From a virus (lineage: Duplodnaviria; Caudoviricetes): DNA of 35,825 nt. This document shows positions 24,416 to 34,165 of this stretch, one piece after another. The DNA is taken from positions 1 to 35,825 of IMG/VR virus record IMGVR_UViG_3300037419_001082. One strand, given 5' to 3'. Position numbers and translations under genes: made by a program. A model generated the notes under the pieces. It searched no databases, was not told where the DNA came from, and worked only from the letters and a program-made list of their open reading frames with translations. Numbering within the stretch: position 1 is the stretch's first letter; every line of letters starts with the position of its first letter.

Positions 24416-24655
24416 ATGTCTAAAAAGAACTTACAGTTGTCAAAACTAGAAAAATATGATGGAAAGTTCCACGAACCAAAAGTGGTTACAAATCGTAAGT
24501 ATTATGCGATTGTAGAAGTTACAAGTAGTAAAGAATCAAAACAATATGTAGTAGATGTTGATGGAAAATTCCCATTACAAGCACGAAATCAAGCAAATGA
24601 TGAAGCTAAATTAATGGGTGGACAAGTTATCGGTTTATATGCTTATAACAACTAA
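24416..24655 (+). CDS. Hypothetical phage protein
   Basis: 79 aa, RBS AAGGAG. Confidence 0.75.
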   Translation: MSKKNLQLSKLEKYDGKFHEPKVVTNRKYYAIVEVTSSKESKQYVVDVDGKFPLQARNQANDEAKLMGGQVIGLYAYNN

Positions 24656-24677
24656 GGGAGAAAATTTCTCCCTTTTA
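24654..24677 (+). terminator. Terminator-like hairpin
   Basis: AAGGGAGAAA-A-TTTCTCCCTT-TT. Confidence 0.55.
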
Positions 24678-24699
24678 GTCTCTAAAAGGATGTGAAGAA

Positions 24700-26307
24700 A
24701 TGTGGGTAAAGAAAAAATTTAAAAAAAGACCTAATGATAAAGATGACTTTATTAAACAATTAGGCGATATTAGAGGAATCGAAAATATTGACCGTTTCTT
24801 AAATCCAACGGATGATGATTTACATAGTCCTTATTTATTAAAGAATATTGAAATTGCATGTAACAGAATTACAGAGACAATTGATACAGGACAAAAAATT
24901 ACAATCTCTTATGATTCTGATATGGATGGTGTGTCGGCAGGAACAATCATGTATAAATATTTAATAAATCTTACAAGAAATGTTCATATTGCATATCATC
25001 AAAGGTCGGATGGTCATGGTGTAGGTAATCAATTTGAAATGATTGATGATGATACTAGTCTCTTGATTATTGTAGATAGTTCTACAAATGATGTTGAAGC
25101 ATGTAAAGAGTTGACAAAAAAAGGAATTGACATTGTAATTCTTGACCATCATGATGTTGAAAAAGAAAATCCTTATGCAATTATTGTAAATCCTCAACAA
25201 TCGGATTGTAGATATCCTAATAAAAATATTTGTGGTGCAGGAGTTACATACAAAGCACTACAAGTATTAGATGATTTAAATAATAGTGATTACGCAGACG
25301 ATAATATTTGTCTAGTTGGAATTGGTACTGTTGCAGATGTGATGGATTTAAGTGTATTGGAAAATCGTAGATTAGTAATGAAAGCAGTTCAAAACTTTAA
25401 TAATATTGGATTAATTGCTTTACTAAAGAAATTGAAAGTTAACAAAGCGACCCCTACATCATTTGGATTCAGTATTGCACCACAATTAAATGGTGTCATG
25501 AGAATGAACAATATTGAATTAGCTATTAATCTTCTATTAGCAGAAGATGAGGATGAAATTAAATCTTTAATCAAAGCAATCGTAACATTAAATGAAGAAA
25601 AGAAACGAAAAGAACAAGAATTAATCAATATGTATAAATCTAGTATTATTGATGATTGTAAATTTGTTTTTGCAATTGGAGAGGAATCTTCAAAATCATT
25701 TAATGGTAGTGTTGCTCAAAACTTATTATCAGAATATAATAAACCTTCTCTAGTTTTAAGAAGTTTTGATGGTAAATTAAGTGGTAGTTTTAGAGGTGAA
25801 ATTAAATCATTCTTAGAGAATAGTGGTCTAGTTATTTCAGTTGCAGGTCATCAAGGTGCAGGTGGAGTCGAATTATTAGAAGAGAATTTAGAAGAATTAA
25901 AGACTTATATCAATAAAAACTTTGTTGGCACAATGGATAAAAAGACTTTCTATGATATTGAAGTTAATGCAAAAGATGTGACTATGGAGTTAGCACAAGC
26001 AATTGAAAAATTTAATTATATCACAGGAAATGGTCATCAACCATTAAAATTAAGAATTGATGGATTAATTGTAACAGATGAAAGAAACAAAATGGGTAAA
26101 GACCCTTCTGTTTATCATTATAAAATTCCAACAGATAAAGTTGATTTAGTTAAATTTAAAACAACAGAAGATTTTGCAGAAGAAGTTGATTTATTTGACA
26201 AAATTGATGTAATCGGTCAATTGAATATAAATTCTTGGTATAATTCTGGTAAAAAACAAATGATTACAACATTACAAGTATTCTTAGATGAATATAAAAT
26301 TATGTAA
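24700..26307 (+). CDS. recJ: Single-stranded DNA exonuclease RecJ (DHH family)
   Basis: YDSDMDG, IIVD, ILDHH, CGAGV, GTVADV, GSFR and GHQGAGG motifs. Confidence 0.92.
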   Translation: MWVKKKFKKRPNDKDDFIKQLGDIRGIENIDRFLNPTDDDLHSPYLLKNIEIACNRITETIDTGQKITISYDSDMDGVSAGTIMYKYLINLTRNVHIAYHQRSDGHGVGNQFEMIDDDTSLLIIVDSSTNDVEACKELTKKGIDIVILDHHDVEKENPYAIIVNPQQSDCRYPNKNICGAGVTYKALQVLDDLNNSDYADDNICLVGIGTVADVMDLSVLENRRLVMKAVQNFNNIGLIALLKKLKVNKATPTSFGFSIAPQLNGVMRMNNIELAINLLLAEDEDEIKSLIKAIVTLNEEKKRKEQELINMYKSSIIDDCKFVFAIGEESSKSFNGSVAQNLLSEYNKPSLVLRSFDGKLSGSFRGEIKSFLENSGLVISVAGHQGAGGVELLEENLEELKTYINKNFVGTMDKKTFYDIEVNAKDVTMELAQAIEKFNYITGNGHQPLKLRIDGLIVTDERNKMGKDPSVYHYKIPTDKVDLVKFKTTEDFAEEVDLFDKIDVIGQLNINSWYNSGKKQMITTLQVFLDEYKIM

Positions 26308-26318
26308 GAGGTGATATC

Positions 26319-26483
26319 GTGATTAAAATTATTGCAAGTTTAATTATTGGATTTATCTTGGAATTATTATCATTTAGAGATGATATTATTGCTCTAACAC
26401 ATATTGATAATGCTTACTATTATGGGTTATTTGCTCTAATAGGATTAGTTATGTGGGTTGTTAGCAATATGAGAGGTAAATAA
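26319..26483 (+). CDS. Small membrane protein (54 aa, not in ORF track)
   Basis: GTG start after GAGGTG; two hydrophobic segments. Confidence 0.6.
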   Translation: MIKIIASLIIGFILELLSFRDDIIALTHIDNAYYYGLFALIGLVMWVVSNMRGK

Positions 26484-26623
26484 TGGTTACAAAGATAATT
26501 ATTCAATTGTTTATTATTGCTTTAGTAGTTGGTGCAATAGCTTATTTTGTAGGCTACAAATTTTTCTCTAAAGTTGGAGAGAAAATTAAAAATAGAGTAG
26601 AAAAAATAAAAAACGAAGAGTAA
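26483..26623 (+). CDS. Small single-TM protein (46 aa, not in ORF track)
   Basis: MVTKIIIQLFIIALVVGAIAYFVGYKFF...; TAATG coupling, RBS GAGG. Confidence 0.65.
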   Translation: MVTKIIIQLFIIALVVGAIAYFVGYKFFSKVGEKIKNRVEKIKNEE

Positions 26624-26638
26624 AAGGGAGAATGATTA

Positions 26639-27466
26639 ATGAGTAAATTTAAAATTGGTTTAATTACATTTGGAGTAGCATTTGTTTTAGGTAGTATTTA
26701 TGTAATTGGTGGATTAACACATGTTGGAATGGGTTCAGTTGGTATTGTTAAACATATGGATGGAAGTATCACACAAATTAGAAATGGTTGGAGTTGGACA
26801 GGTTGGGGAACTTCAACTCAAGAATACGAAACTTACACTCAATCACTTAAAAAATCATGGTCAGTTGGTACAGGCGACCAACAGGAGTTACCTGTAAAAA
26901 CTAACTTAACATGGGAAATTTCAACAAAAGACAAAGATGTTGAAACAGTTTATCTATCAGTTGGTGGTAAAGAGATTGAATATCTTAGAGATAATATTGT
27001 GAACACTACTATGCAAAATGTAGCAAATAGAATTACACATAAATATTCATGGAATGATATCAAAGGTGCAAAACAAGGAAGTATTTCTGATGAAATTGAA
27101 GCAGAGTTAAAACATGATTTAGCACTACAAGGTATTATTGTAAAATCATTTGGTTTCTCACATGTTGGAAGTCCTCAAGGTATGCAACAATCACAACAAC
27201 AATTGGCAAGTTCTGAATTAAATATTAAACAAGCAGAAGCAATGCAACAAAAAGCTAAGATTGATAATGAAACTAAAATTTTAAATGCTCAAGCACAGGC
27301 ACAAGCGGATTTAATTCAAGCACAAGGTAAGGCTAAAGCAAATGCAGTCCTAAAACAATCATTAACTCCACAAATTGTTGAATTAGAAAAAATCAAAAAA
27401 TGGAATGGTGTTAATAGTACAACGGTTGTTGGTGGAAATTCTTCAACAATGGTTAATGTGAAATAA
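26639..27466 (+). CDS. SPFH/Band 7 (prohibitin-like) membrane protein
   Basis: N-terminal TM, VGIV...GW, C-terminal AQAQA..AKANA.L..SLTPQ.VE...I.KWNG. Confidence 0.88.
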   Translation: MSKFKIGLITFGVAFVLGSIYVIGGLTHVGMGSVGIVKHMDGSITQIRNGWSWTGWGTSTQEYETYTQSLKKSWSVGTGDQQELPVKTNLTWEISTKDKDVETVYLSVGGKEIEYLRDNIVNTTMQNVANRITHKYSWNDIKGAKQGSISDEIEAELKHDLALQGIIVKSFGFSHVGSPQGMQQSQQQLASSELNIKQAEAMQQKAKIDNETKILNAQAQAQADLIQAQGKAKANAVLKQSLTPQIVELEKIKKWNGVNSTTVVGGNSSTMVNVK

Positions 27467-27603
27467 TGGCTACATTTTTATTTTGGGGTTCGTTGGCTTT
27501 GATTAGCTTACTAACTTTAGGAACAATTATTGTCAATGTAAAAATTCCTAAACCAACATATAAAAACTTGGAAGATTTTTCGTTCGAAAAAGAAGATAAA
27601 TAA
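27466..27603 (+). CDS. Small single-TM protein (45 aa, not in ORF track)
   Basis: MATFLFWGSLALISLLTLGTIIVNVK...; TAATG coupling. Confidence 0.55.
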   Translation: MATFLFWGSLALISLLTLGTIIVNVKIPKPTYKNLEDFSFEKEDK

Positions 27604-27632
27604 TTGACAAATGTAATAAATAATAATATAAT
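27604..27632 (+). promoter_or_regulatory. Sigma-A promoter for nrd operon, conserved-spacer class
   Basis: TTGACA-AATGTAATAAATAATAA-TATAAT. Confidence 0.88.
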
Positions 27633-27634
27633 AG

Positions 27635-27672
27635 TAGATGTTAGAGTTGTAGACTTTGACATCTATTTTTTT
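27635..27672 (+). terminator. Intrinsic terminator overlapping the nrd transcription start
   Basis: TAGATGTTAGAGT-TGTAG-ACTTTGACATCTA followed by T7. Confidence 0.65.
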
Positions 27673-27692
27673 AATAAAGAAAGGGGAAAATC

Positions 27693-30014
27693 ATGACTAG
27701 AATCACAAAAAATAGAAAGTCATACATTCAAGAATTAGATTTTGATGTCGATAGATTATCAAGTTTCGTAGATGAAATTGTAGAAGAAACAGGTAAATCA
27801 TTTGACAAAACAGAAATTGAATCTTTGAAACAAAAATTAATTGAGGAAATTCAAAGTAAGAGTAAATTTGAAGCTAGTAAAATACTAGACTTATTAATTC
27901 GTGAAGCTAATGATATGATTTCAGTACGAACACCACAATATGCTTATTTATCTGCTAGAACATTACTAAGAAAATTGTATAAAGAAGCTTCAAAGAATAG
28001 AGGATTTGATTATCGTCAAGGTTATGGTGATTATTATACTTTTGTAAAAATGATGACAGAACAAGGGATTTATGATGAAACTATTCTAAAGTCATACACA
28101 AAAGAAGAGATTGACGAAGCAGGAAAATTGATTGATATCTCTAAAGACAAACAATATAGTTATGCAGGATTATTTTTATTGAATAAATCTTATTTAGCAA
28201 AAGGATATAATGGTGAAACATTAGAATTGCCACAAGAAAGAGCATTATCAACTGCTTTATACTTAATGAGTATTGAAGATAAAGAAGATAGAATGAAACA
28301 TGTTTCAGAATCTTATTTTGTGTTAAGCAATCAATTTATTGGACTAGCTACACCAACTTTATTAAATTCTTCTAGACCAATGGGTACATTAAGTTCTTGT
28401 CATATTTTAACAATGGATGATAGCTTACAATCTATTTCAGATGTTTGGAAAGATGTTTCTACATTTAGTCAAAATGGTGCAGGAATCGGAATAGCTCTAC
28501 ATAATTTAAGAGCAGATGGAAGTTGGATTCGTGGTTATAAAGGGTTAGCAACAGGTGTTATTGGTGCTATGAAAGTTTTAAATTCTATTGCAGAATATGT
28601 CAATCAAGGTGGAAAGAGAAAAGCAGGTATTTCAGTTTATTTACCTGTTCATCATGCAGATATTTATGACTTCTTGGATGCTAGATTAAAAACAGGTTCT
28701 CAAGAAAGACGTACTCATTCATTGTTTACAGGTGTTTGTATTAGTGATGAATTTATGCGTAGATTAGAAAAACGTACTACATGGACATTGTTTGACCCTT
28801 ATGAAGTTAAGCAAAAACTAGGTTTTGATTTAAATTATATGTATGACAAACACAAATTAAAAGATTGGGAAACTCCAAATCCAATTGACCATGAATTTAC
28901 ATATCATTATCGACTTGCAGAACAATCAGATTTAGAACTTTCTAGAGTTGTTGAAGCTAAAGAAATTTATGGTAAAATCTACACTTCACGAAAAACAGGT
29001 GGTACACCATATATATTCTATACTGATACTGCAAATCGTTTAAATCCAAATAGTCATGAAGGATTTATTCTTTGCTCAAATTTATGTACTGAAATTATGT
29101 TGAATACTCACTATGATACAATGTCAAAAGACACATTAGACCCATTAACAGGGATAGTAACCCAACAAAAAATCGGTAAAGATTTAGTAACTTGTAACCT
29201 ATCTTCAAGAAATCTTTATAATATCTTTACAAGTGGAGTTGATTTACAACGAGTAGTAGATATTCAATTCCGTATGCTAGATAATGTTATTAGTTTAAAT
29301 AGAACACCTGTATTACAAGCAACTCACACTAATATGTTATATCGTGCAGTTGGTAGTGGTGATATGGGATTAGCTAATTTATTAGCCGAAAATAAATTAT
29401 ATTGGGATAGTGATGAAGCAGGTGTATTTATCAATAAATTATTTGAGAAAATTCACAAAGCAAATATCAAGGCTTCTAATAAATTAGCATTAGAAAAAGG
29501 TTCATATCCTTTATTTAAAGGTAGTGATTGGGAAACAGGAGAATACTATGAAAAGCGTGGACTTAATTCAGATGAATGGTTAGAGATTAAAGAAATTTCA
29601 CAAACAGGTATGAGAAATTGCAATTTAAGTGCGATTGCTCCGACATCTAGTAATGCAGTAATTTCAAACTGTATTCCTAGTGTTGATGCTCCATATGAAG
29701 TAATTTATAATGAAGAAAAAGCAGGAATGAAAGTACCTATGATTCCTGTAAACTATAATGCGGAAACAATGTGGTATTTCAAATCTGCATTTGAAATGGA
29801 TGAAATGTGGTCAATTAAAAACATTGCAATAATTCAAAAACATGTTGACCAAGCAATTAGTCACAATATGCATTTACATAAATCAGTTAAGGCTAGTGAA
29901 ATGTTGAGATTAGATATGGGTGCATGGGAAATGGGAATGAAAACAGTTTACTACACATATTCAGACACAAATGATATTAATCGTAGTGAAGGTTGTGTAG
30001 CATGTGAATCATAA
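27693..30014 (+). CDS. nrdA: Class I ribonucleoside-diphosphate reductase alpha subunit with ATP-cone-like N-terminus
   Basis: ELPQER, ATPTLLN, LSSC, NQGGKRKAG, SNLCTEI, CNLSS, AIAPT, KTVYY, C-terminal CVAC. Confidence 0.95.
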   Translation: MTRITKNRKSYIQELDFDVDRLSSFVDEIVEETGKSFDKTEIESLKQKLIEEIQSKSKFEASKILDLLIREANDMISVRTPQYAYLSARTLLRKLYKEASKNRGFDYRQGYGDYYTFVKMMTEQGIYDETILKSYTKEEIDEAGKLIDISKDKQYSYAGLFLLNKSYLAKGYNGETLELPQERALSTALYLMSIEDKEDRMKHVSESYFVLSNQFIGLATPTLLNSSRPMGTLSSCHILTMDDSLQSISDVWKDVSTFSQNGAGIGIALHNLRADGSWIRGYKGLATGVIGAMKVLNSIAEYVNQGGKRKAGISVYLPVHHADIYDFLDARLKTGSQERRTHSLFTGVCISDEFMRRLEKRTTWTLFDPYEVKQKLGFDLNYMYDKHKLKDWETPNPIDHEFTYHYRLAEQSDLELSRVVEAKEIYGKIYTSRKTGGTPYIFYTDTANRLNPNSHEGFILCSNLCTEIMLNTHYDTMSKDTLDPLTGIVTQQKIGKDLVTCNLSSRNLYNIFTSGVDLQRVVDIQFRMLDNVISLNRTPVLQATHTNMLYRAVGSGDMGLANLLAENKLYWDSDEAGVFINKLFEKIHKANIKASNKLALEKGSYPLFKGSDWETGEYYEKRGLNSDEWLEIKEISQTGMRNCNLSAIAPTSSNAVISNCIPSVDAPYEVIYNEEKAGMKVPMIPVNYNAETMWYFKSAFEMDEMWSIKNIAIIQKHVDQAISHNMHLHKSVKASEMLRLDMGAWEMGMKTVYYTYSDTNDINRSEGCVACES

Positions 30015-30017
30015 GAT

Positions 30018-30044
30018 AAAGAGCCTTTTGGCTCTTTATTATTT
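30018..30044 (+). terminator. Hairpin between nrd subunits
   Basis: AAAGAGCC-TTTT-GGCTCTTT-ATT. Confidence 0.45.
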
Positions 30045-30060
30045 AGAAAGGTGATATAAA

Positions 30061-31128
30061 ATGAGTGAAAATAATATTGCAAGACCTTTTAGAATATTTG
30101 ATGGAAAAGCGAATAATAAAGCTACAAGAATTTTTGGTGGAGAATCTAGTGGTATTTGTGATTGGGATGATATAAAATATCCTCACATACTAGATTTAAA
30201 TAAACAAATGTTTGGAGAATTTTGGGTAGAAGATGAAATTCGTTTAGGTGACGATATCAATCAATATCGTAGAGCATTGTCTGATGAAGAACGAAAAGTT
30301 TATAATATTATTACAGGATATTTAACAACATTGGATAGTGTTGCTAATAAATTTAATTTTGTATTAGGTTACATATCAACAGATTCATCTATCCAACAAA
30401 CAATTCAATTAATTGGTGCTTTTGAAGGATTACATGCAAGAAGTTATCAATATCTAACTTCTACAATGCTATCTTTTGAAGAAAAGAAATTAGCATTTGA
30501 AACTCCTAAGACTAATGAATTATTAATTAAACGTAACAAACCTGTATTTGAAGAGATTCAAAAAATGGTTGACAATCCAAATGATATGCAAAATATCTTC
30601 CGTTCAATTATTGCTAATCTAGTATTAGAAGGATTATATTTTACAGGTGGATTTGTTTATTTTCATGCTTTGGCAAGGTCTAATAGAATGATAGGCAGTA
30701 ACAATATGATTTCTTTAATTAGATTTGATGAACAATTGCACTCTATTTTTTGGGGAGAAGTTTTAAAAATATTAATGGCAGAAAATGAAGAATTAAATAC
30801 TCAAGAAAACTTGGATTGGGCAATTGATTTTATTAAAAATAGCGTTGAATTAGAAAAACAATGGTCATCTTCATTATTCCAAAATGTAGATATTCTATCT
30901 ATTCGAGAATACCATGATTATATTGAGTATTTAGCCAATATAATTTGTAGAAATTCGGGATTAGGCGATATTTATTCTAATAATACAGATTTAAAATCTA
31001 AATGGATTTTAACATATGGAAGTAAAAAGACAAATAATAATGCAGATGCAATTCCAACTAGAGCAGATTTCTTCCAAACAAATGTAGTTAACTACTCTCA
31101 TGAAGGTGGAGAGGGTTTTGACCTATAA
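30061..31128 (+). CDS. nrdB: Ribonucleotide reductase beta subunit
   Basis: FW.EDEI, LD, EGLHARSY (radical Tyr), LEGLYF, DEQLH di-metal ligands; DFF..V.NY tail. Confidence 0.93.
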   Translation: MSENNIARPFRIFDGKANNKATRIFGGESSGICDWDDIKYPHILDLNKQMFGEFWVEDEIRLGDDINQYRRALSDEERKVYNIITGYLTTLDSVANKFNFVLGYISTDSSIQQTIQLIGAFEGLHARSYQYLTSTMLSFEEKKLAFETPKTNELLIKRNKPVFEEIQKMVDNPNDMQNIFRSIIANLVLEGLYFTGGFVYFHALARSNRMIGSNNMISLIRFDEQLHSIFWGEVLKILMAENEELNTQENLDWAIDFIKNSVELEKQWSSSLFQNVDILSIREYHDYIEYLANIICRNSGLGDIYSNNTDLKSKWILTYGSKKTNNNADAIPTRADFFQTNVVNYSHEGGEGFDL

Positions 31129-31534
31129 GAAAAAAGCCATTTTTTTTCATTCATTAACAGGGAATACAAAGGCAATTGTTAAATTATCGAATACATCAAA
31201 ATATGATGTATTCGATTTAACTGCATTGAATAAAGAAGAAATTAAATTTAATGATTATGATTTAATATTTTTGGGATTAAGTACATATGGAATTGGAATC
31301 CCACATGAATATTTTAAAACCATATATGATGAATTAAATGAAATAAATAATAAAAAAATACTCTTATTTGGTAGTGGAAATACTTTGCACAAATATTATT
31401 GTGGTGGATTAGATGTATTAAAAAATCTATTAGAACAAAAAAATGAAATTATTGAGATTTTTAGATTTGAATCATATCCAAATGAAACAACACTAATAAA
31501 TTTTCAATCACTATTAGATAAGTATAGTAAATAA
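31118..31534 (+). CDS. Flavodoxin (NrdI-like role in RNR activation)
   Basis: SLTGNTK FMN-binding loop, STYG.G, FGSGN...YCGG. TTG 31118 start; ORF track 31100. Confidence 0.88.
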   Translation: MTYKKKAIFFHSLTGNTKAIVKLSNTSKYDVFDLTALNKEEIKFNDYDLIFLGLSTYGIGIPHEYFKTIYDELNEINNKKILLFGSGNTLHKYYCGGLDVLKNLLEQKNEIIEIFRFESYPNETTLINFQSLLDKYSK

Positions 31535-31551
31535 TGAAAGAGGTGATTGAA

Positions 31552-32271
31552 TTGAAAGATATTGTTGGAAAAATATTTTCTACAAATAATGATGGAGAAA
31601 TCAAAGTATTAGAAAAATCTGATAAAAAATCAAATGGAACATTCCTATACTTAGTTAAATTTTTAAATACAGGTAGTCAAAAATATGCTCTAAAATGCAA
31701 TATATTAAACGGTAGAGTAAAAGATAATTATGTTAAAAGAGTTTGTGGTATTGGATATCTAGGCGAAGAAGTTCCATATAATGAGATAATACATGATATG
31801 TGGTCAAAAATTATTGGAAGATGCTATAACCCTAAAAAATCAGATTATAAATATTATGGTGGAAAAGGTGTTACCGTATGTGAAGAATGGCATTGTTATA
31901 ATACTTTTTATCATGATTTAAAGAAAGTTGAAGGATATGATGTTAAGTTATTTGAACAAAGAAAAATTTTTTTAGATAAAGATTTTAAACAATCTCACTT
32001 GCCACATAATCAAAGAGTTTATAGCTTAGAAACTTGTATATTTTTAACACACAAACAAAACATGCAATATACAGATACATCTAATAAAGAAATAGAATTT
32101 TATTCATTAGATAAAAATGGAAATATTGGAAAGCATAGTAGTTTAAAAGGATTTGCAAATGAATTAAATGTAGTTCCATCTGCAATTTGGAATGCTTTAA
32201 ATGGTTTAAGCAAAACTTGTAAAGGATATCAATTGTCATATGATAAAAACACATTAAAAGGAGAAAATTAA
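31552..32271 (+). CDS. Free-standing HNH-type homing endonuclease with C-terminal NUMOD1-like HTH
   Basis: W..IIGRCYNPK...YYGGKGVTVCEEW..Y..F, LDKD...YSLETCIF...N; C-terminal SLKGFANEL....I...L.G..KT.KGY (ORF track 31534). Confidence 0.85.
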   Translation: MKDIVGKIFSTNNDGEIKVLEKSDKKSNGTFLYLVKFLNTGSQKYALKCNILNGRVKDNYVKRVCGIGYLGEEVPYNEIIHDMWSKIIGRCYNPKKSDYKYYGGKGVTVCEEWHCYNTFYHDLKKVEGYDVKLFEQRKIFLDKDFKQSHLPHNQRVYSLETCIFLTHKQNMQYTDTSNKEIEFYSLDKNGNIGKHSSLKGFANELNVVPSAIWNALNGLSKTCKGYQLSYDKNTLKGEN

Positions 32272-32520
32272 ATGAAATTAATCAAAATATACAAAAACCC
32301 TTGTGTACCATGCAATCAAGTATCTCAATATTTAGAAATGGTTGGGGTAAAAGCAGATGAAGAATACGAATATACTCAACGACAAGATATGGTTGATAAG
32401 TATAATGTAATGTCTGTACCTACTTTAATCCTATTAGATGATAATGGAAATGAAGTTGACCGCACAACAGGTGTAGGAATTTCAAAATTAAGTGCATTAA
32501 TTGAAAAATATAAAAATTAA
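32272..32520 (+). CDS. Thioredoxin/glutaredoxin-like redoxin (NrdH-like)
   Basis: CVPC active site, VMSVPTLILLD. Confidence 0.88.
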   Translation: MKLIKIYKNPCVPCNQVSQYLEMVGVKADEEYEYTQRQDMVDKYNVMSVPTLILLDDNGNEVDRTTGVGISKLSALIEKYKN

Positions 32521-32523
32521 TGC

Positions 32524-32552
32524 TTGACAAACACAATAAATAATGTTATAAT
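32524..32552 (+). promoter_or_regulatory. Sigma-A promoter, conserved-spacer class
   Basis: TTGACA-AACACAATAAATAATGT-TATAAT. Confidence 0.88.
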
Positions 32553-32558
32553 AAAAAA

Positions 32559-32685
32559 TATAAATCACACATCTAACACTCACACAAACATGAATTTAAA
32601 ATGTTGCTTCTACAAAATTTTAAATTTCATATACTAGATGGTTGTTGATTAGCCACAACTGTCAACGAGTTGTGGCTTTCTTTTT
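32559..32685 (+). ncRNA. Candidate structured small RNA (~125 nt)
   Basis: Own consensus promoter and terminator, no RBS-bearing ORF, extensive self-complementarity. Confidence 0.6.
32651..32685 (+). terminator. Intrinsic terminator
   Basis: AGCCACAACT-GTCAACG-AGTTGTGGCT-TTCTTTTT. Confidence 0.85.
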
Positions 32686-32689
32686 GCAC

Positions 32690-32718
32690 TTGACAAATGC
32701 AATAAATAATGATATAAT
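32690..32718 (+). promoter_or_regulatory. Sigma-A promoter, conserved-spacer class
   Basis: TTGACA-AATGCAATAAATAATGA-TATAAT. Confidence 0.9.
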
Positions 32719-32757
32719 CATTAATAGATTAATAGTTTAAAAGGAGAGATTGATAAT

Positions 32758-34140
32758 ATGCATAAAGGAGTTAAATTGAGAGATAATGTTGGTTACAAAA
32801 CAATTTGTAAATGTGGACATACTGATGTATGGAATAGTTATTATTCGATAAGAAGTTGTACCAAATGTGGTAATGGAACATTTATTGACATGACAAATAA
32901 ACAAGTTTCTTATGTTCCAAAATTAGAATGTCTTGAAAAGACAAATACAATGTTTAAATTAAAACGCATTAACACATCTTATCGACTTTCTGATGATGGT
33001 AATGTTACATATAAGGAAAATTCAAGTCAAACATTATACTATAATTTAATTACGAAAGAAATTAAGTTGTTTAAAGAAGATGAAGAGGTTGTTCAAGATT
33101 TAGGTTATTATATCAACTTATTTTTCAAAGGTATTCAATCACATGAATTCATAAGTGAAATAAGTACAACTCAAAACAAAAGAATGTATGAAGAAGCAAA
33201 TCGTTTATGGAATGGTGCAAGGGGTTATACATCTGACTCTAAAGGAATTTACAATTTTTTATCAAAACTCAAAAATGAACAAGCATTTCAAATTTTAGCA
33301 AATTGTGGATTCTATTCATTATACAATTGCTTTAGAGGTAGTTATGTTGATAAAGAAGCTACAAAACCACATGAAATATTAGGATTACCAAAAGTGGTGT
33401 TAAAATATATAAAAGATGTAGAGTTTGGATATTATGACTTGCAAAAAATACAAAAAATCTGTACACATATTAATGGTAATAGTTTGAAGTTATTATTTGA
33501 AATTGTCAAAGAGGAATCTCAAATAAGAGATTTAGTCAGTAATGTTGATTATATCTTAGACCTTTATGAGAATTATGGATATAAAGATATCAAGAAATTG
33601 GCATTATATGTTTTCAGAGAAACAAAGTTAACACAAGGAATTGAATATCCTAGTACAACATTAACTAATTTACGAGATTATGCAAGAATGTCATCTGAAA
33701 TGGGAATAGATTATGAAAAATATCCAAAATCATTAAAGAAAGCCCATGATTTAACTATACTAGATTATAGATTAGTAAAAAGTGAGATTGATAAGAAAAA
33801 TTTTGTGAAAGCAGTTGAAGAAGAAGAATATAGGGAATTAGAGTTTAAAGATAAAGAATATGTGATTATTACACCACAAGAACCAAAAGACTTAATTGAT
33901 GAAGGTGAAAAATTAAGTCATTGCGTTTCATCTTATGTAAAAGATGTAATTGCTAAAAAATGTAAAATCTTATTTATGAGAGACAAGGAAAATGTGGACA
34001 AGCCTTTAGTTACTGTTGAAGTTCGTGGAGAAAATATTCGACAAGTAAGAGGATTTGGTAATAGAAAAGTAGTTGGGCAAGAATTAGAATTTATTAGTAA
34101 GTGGGCAAATAAAAAGAATTTAGTTCTTTCAGTTCACTAA
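32758..34140 (+). CDS. PcfJ domain-containing protein with N-terminal Zn ribbon
   Basis: CKCG...CTKCG; LRDYARM...YPKSLKKAHD...DLIDEGEKLSHCVSSY...ILFMR...P..TVEV....IRQVRGFGN. Confidence 0.88.
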   Translation: MHKGVKLRDNVGYKTICKCGHTDVWNSYYSIRSCTKCGNGTFIDMTNKQVSYVPKLECLEKTNTMFKLKRINTSYRLSDDGNVTYKENSSQTLYYNLITKEIKLFKEDEEVVQDLGYYINLFFKGIQSHEFISEISTTQNKRMYEEANRLWNGARGYTSDSKGIYNFLSKLKNEQAFQILANCGFYSLYNCFRGSYVDKEATKPHEILGLPKVVLKYIKDVEFGYYDLQKIQKICTHINGNSLKLLFEIVKEESQIRDLVSNVDYILDLYENYGYKDIKKLALYVFRETKLTQGIEYPSTTLTNLRDYARMSSEMGIDYEKYPKSLKKAHDLTILDYRLVKSEIDKKNFVKAVEEEEYRELEFKDKEYVIITPQEPKDLIDEGEKLSHCVSSYVKDVIAKKCKILFMRDKENVDKPLVTVEVRGENIRQVRGFGNRKVVGQELEFISKWANKKNLVLSVH

Positions 34141-34165
34141 TATAATAAATAATGAGAGGTATTAT

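Noticed and set aside
27693-31128. Group I introns or inteins in the nrd genes
   Set aside because: Both ORFs are continuous, of normal length, and have all motifs in order
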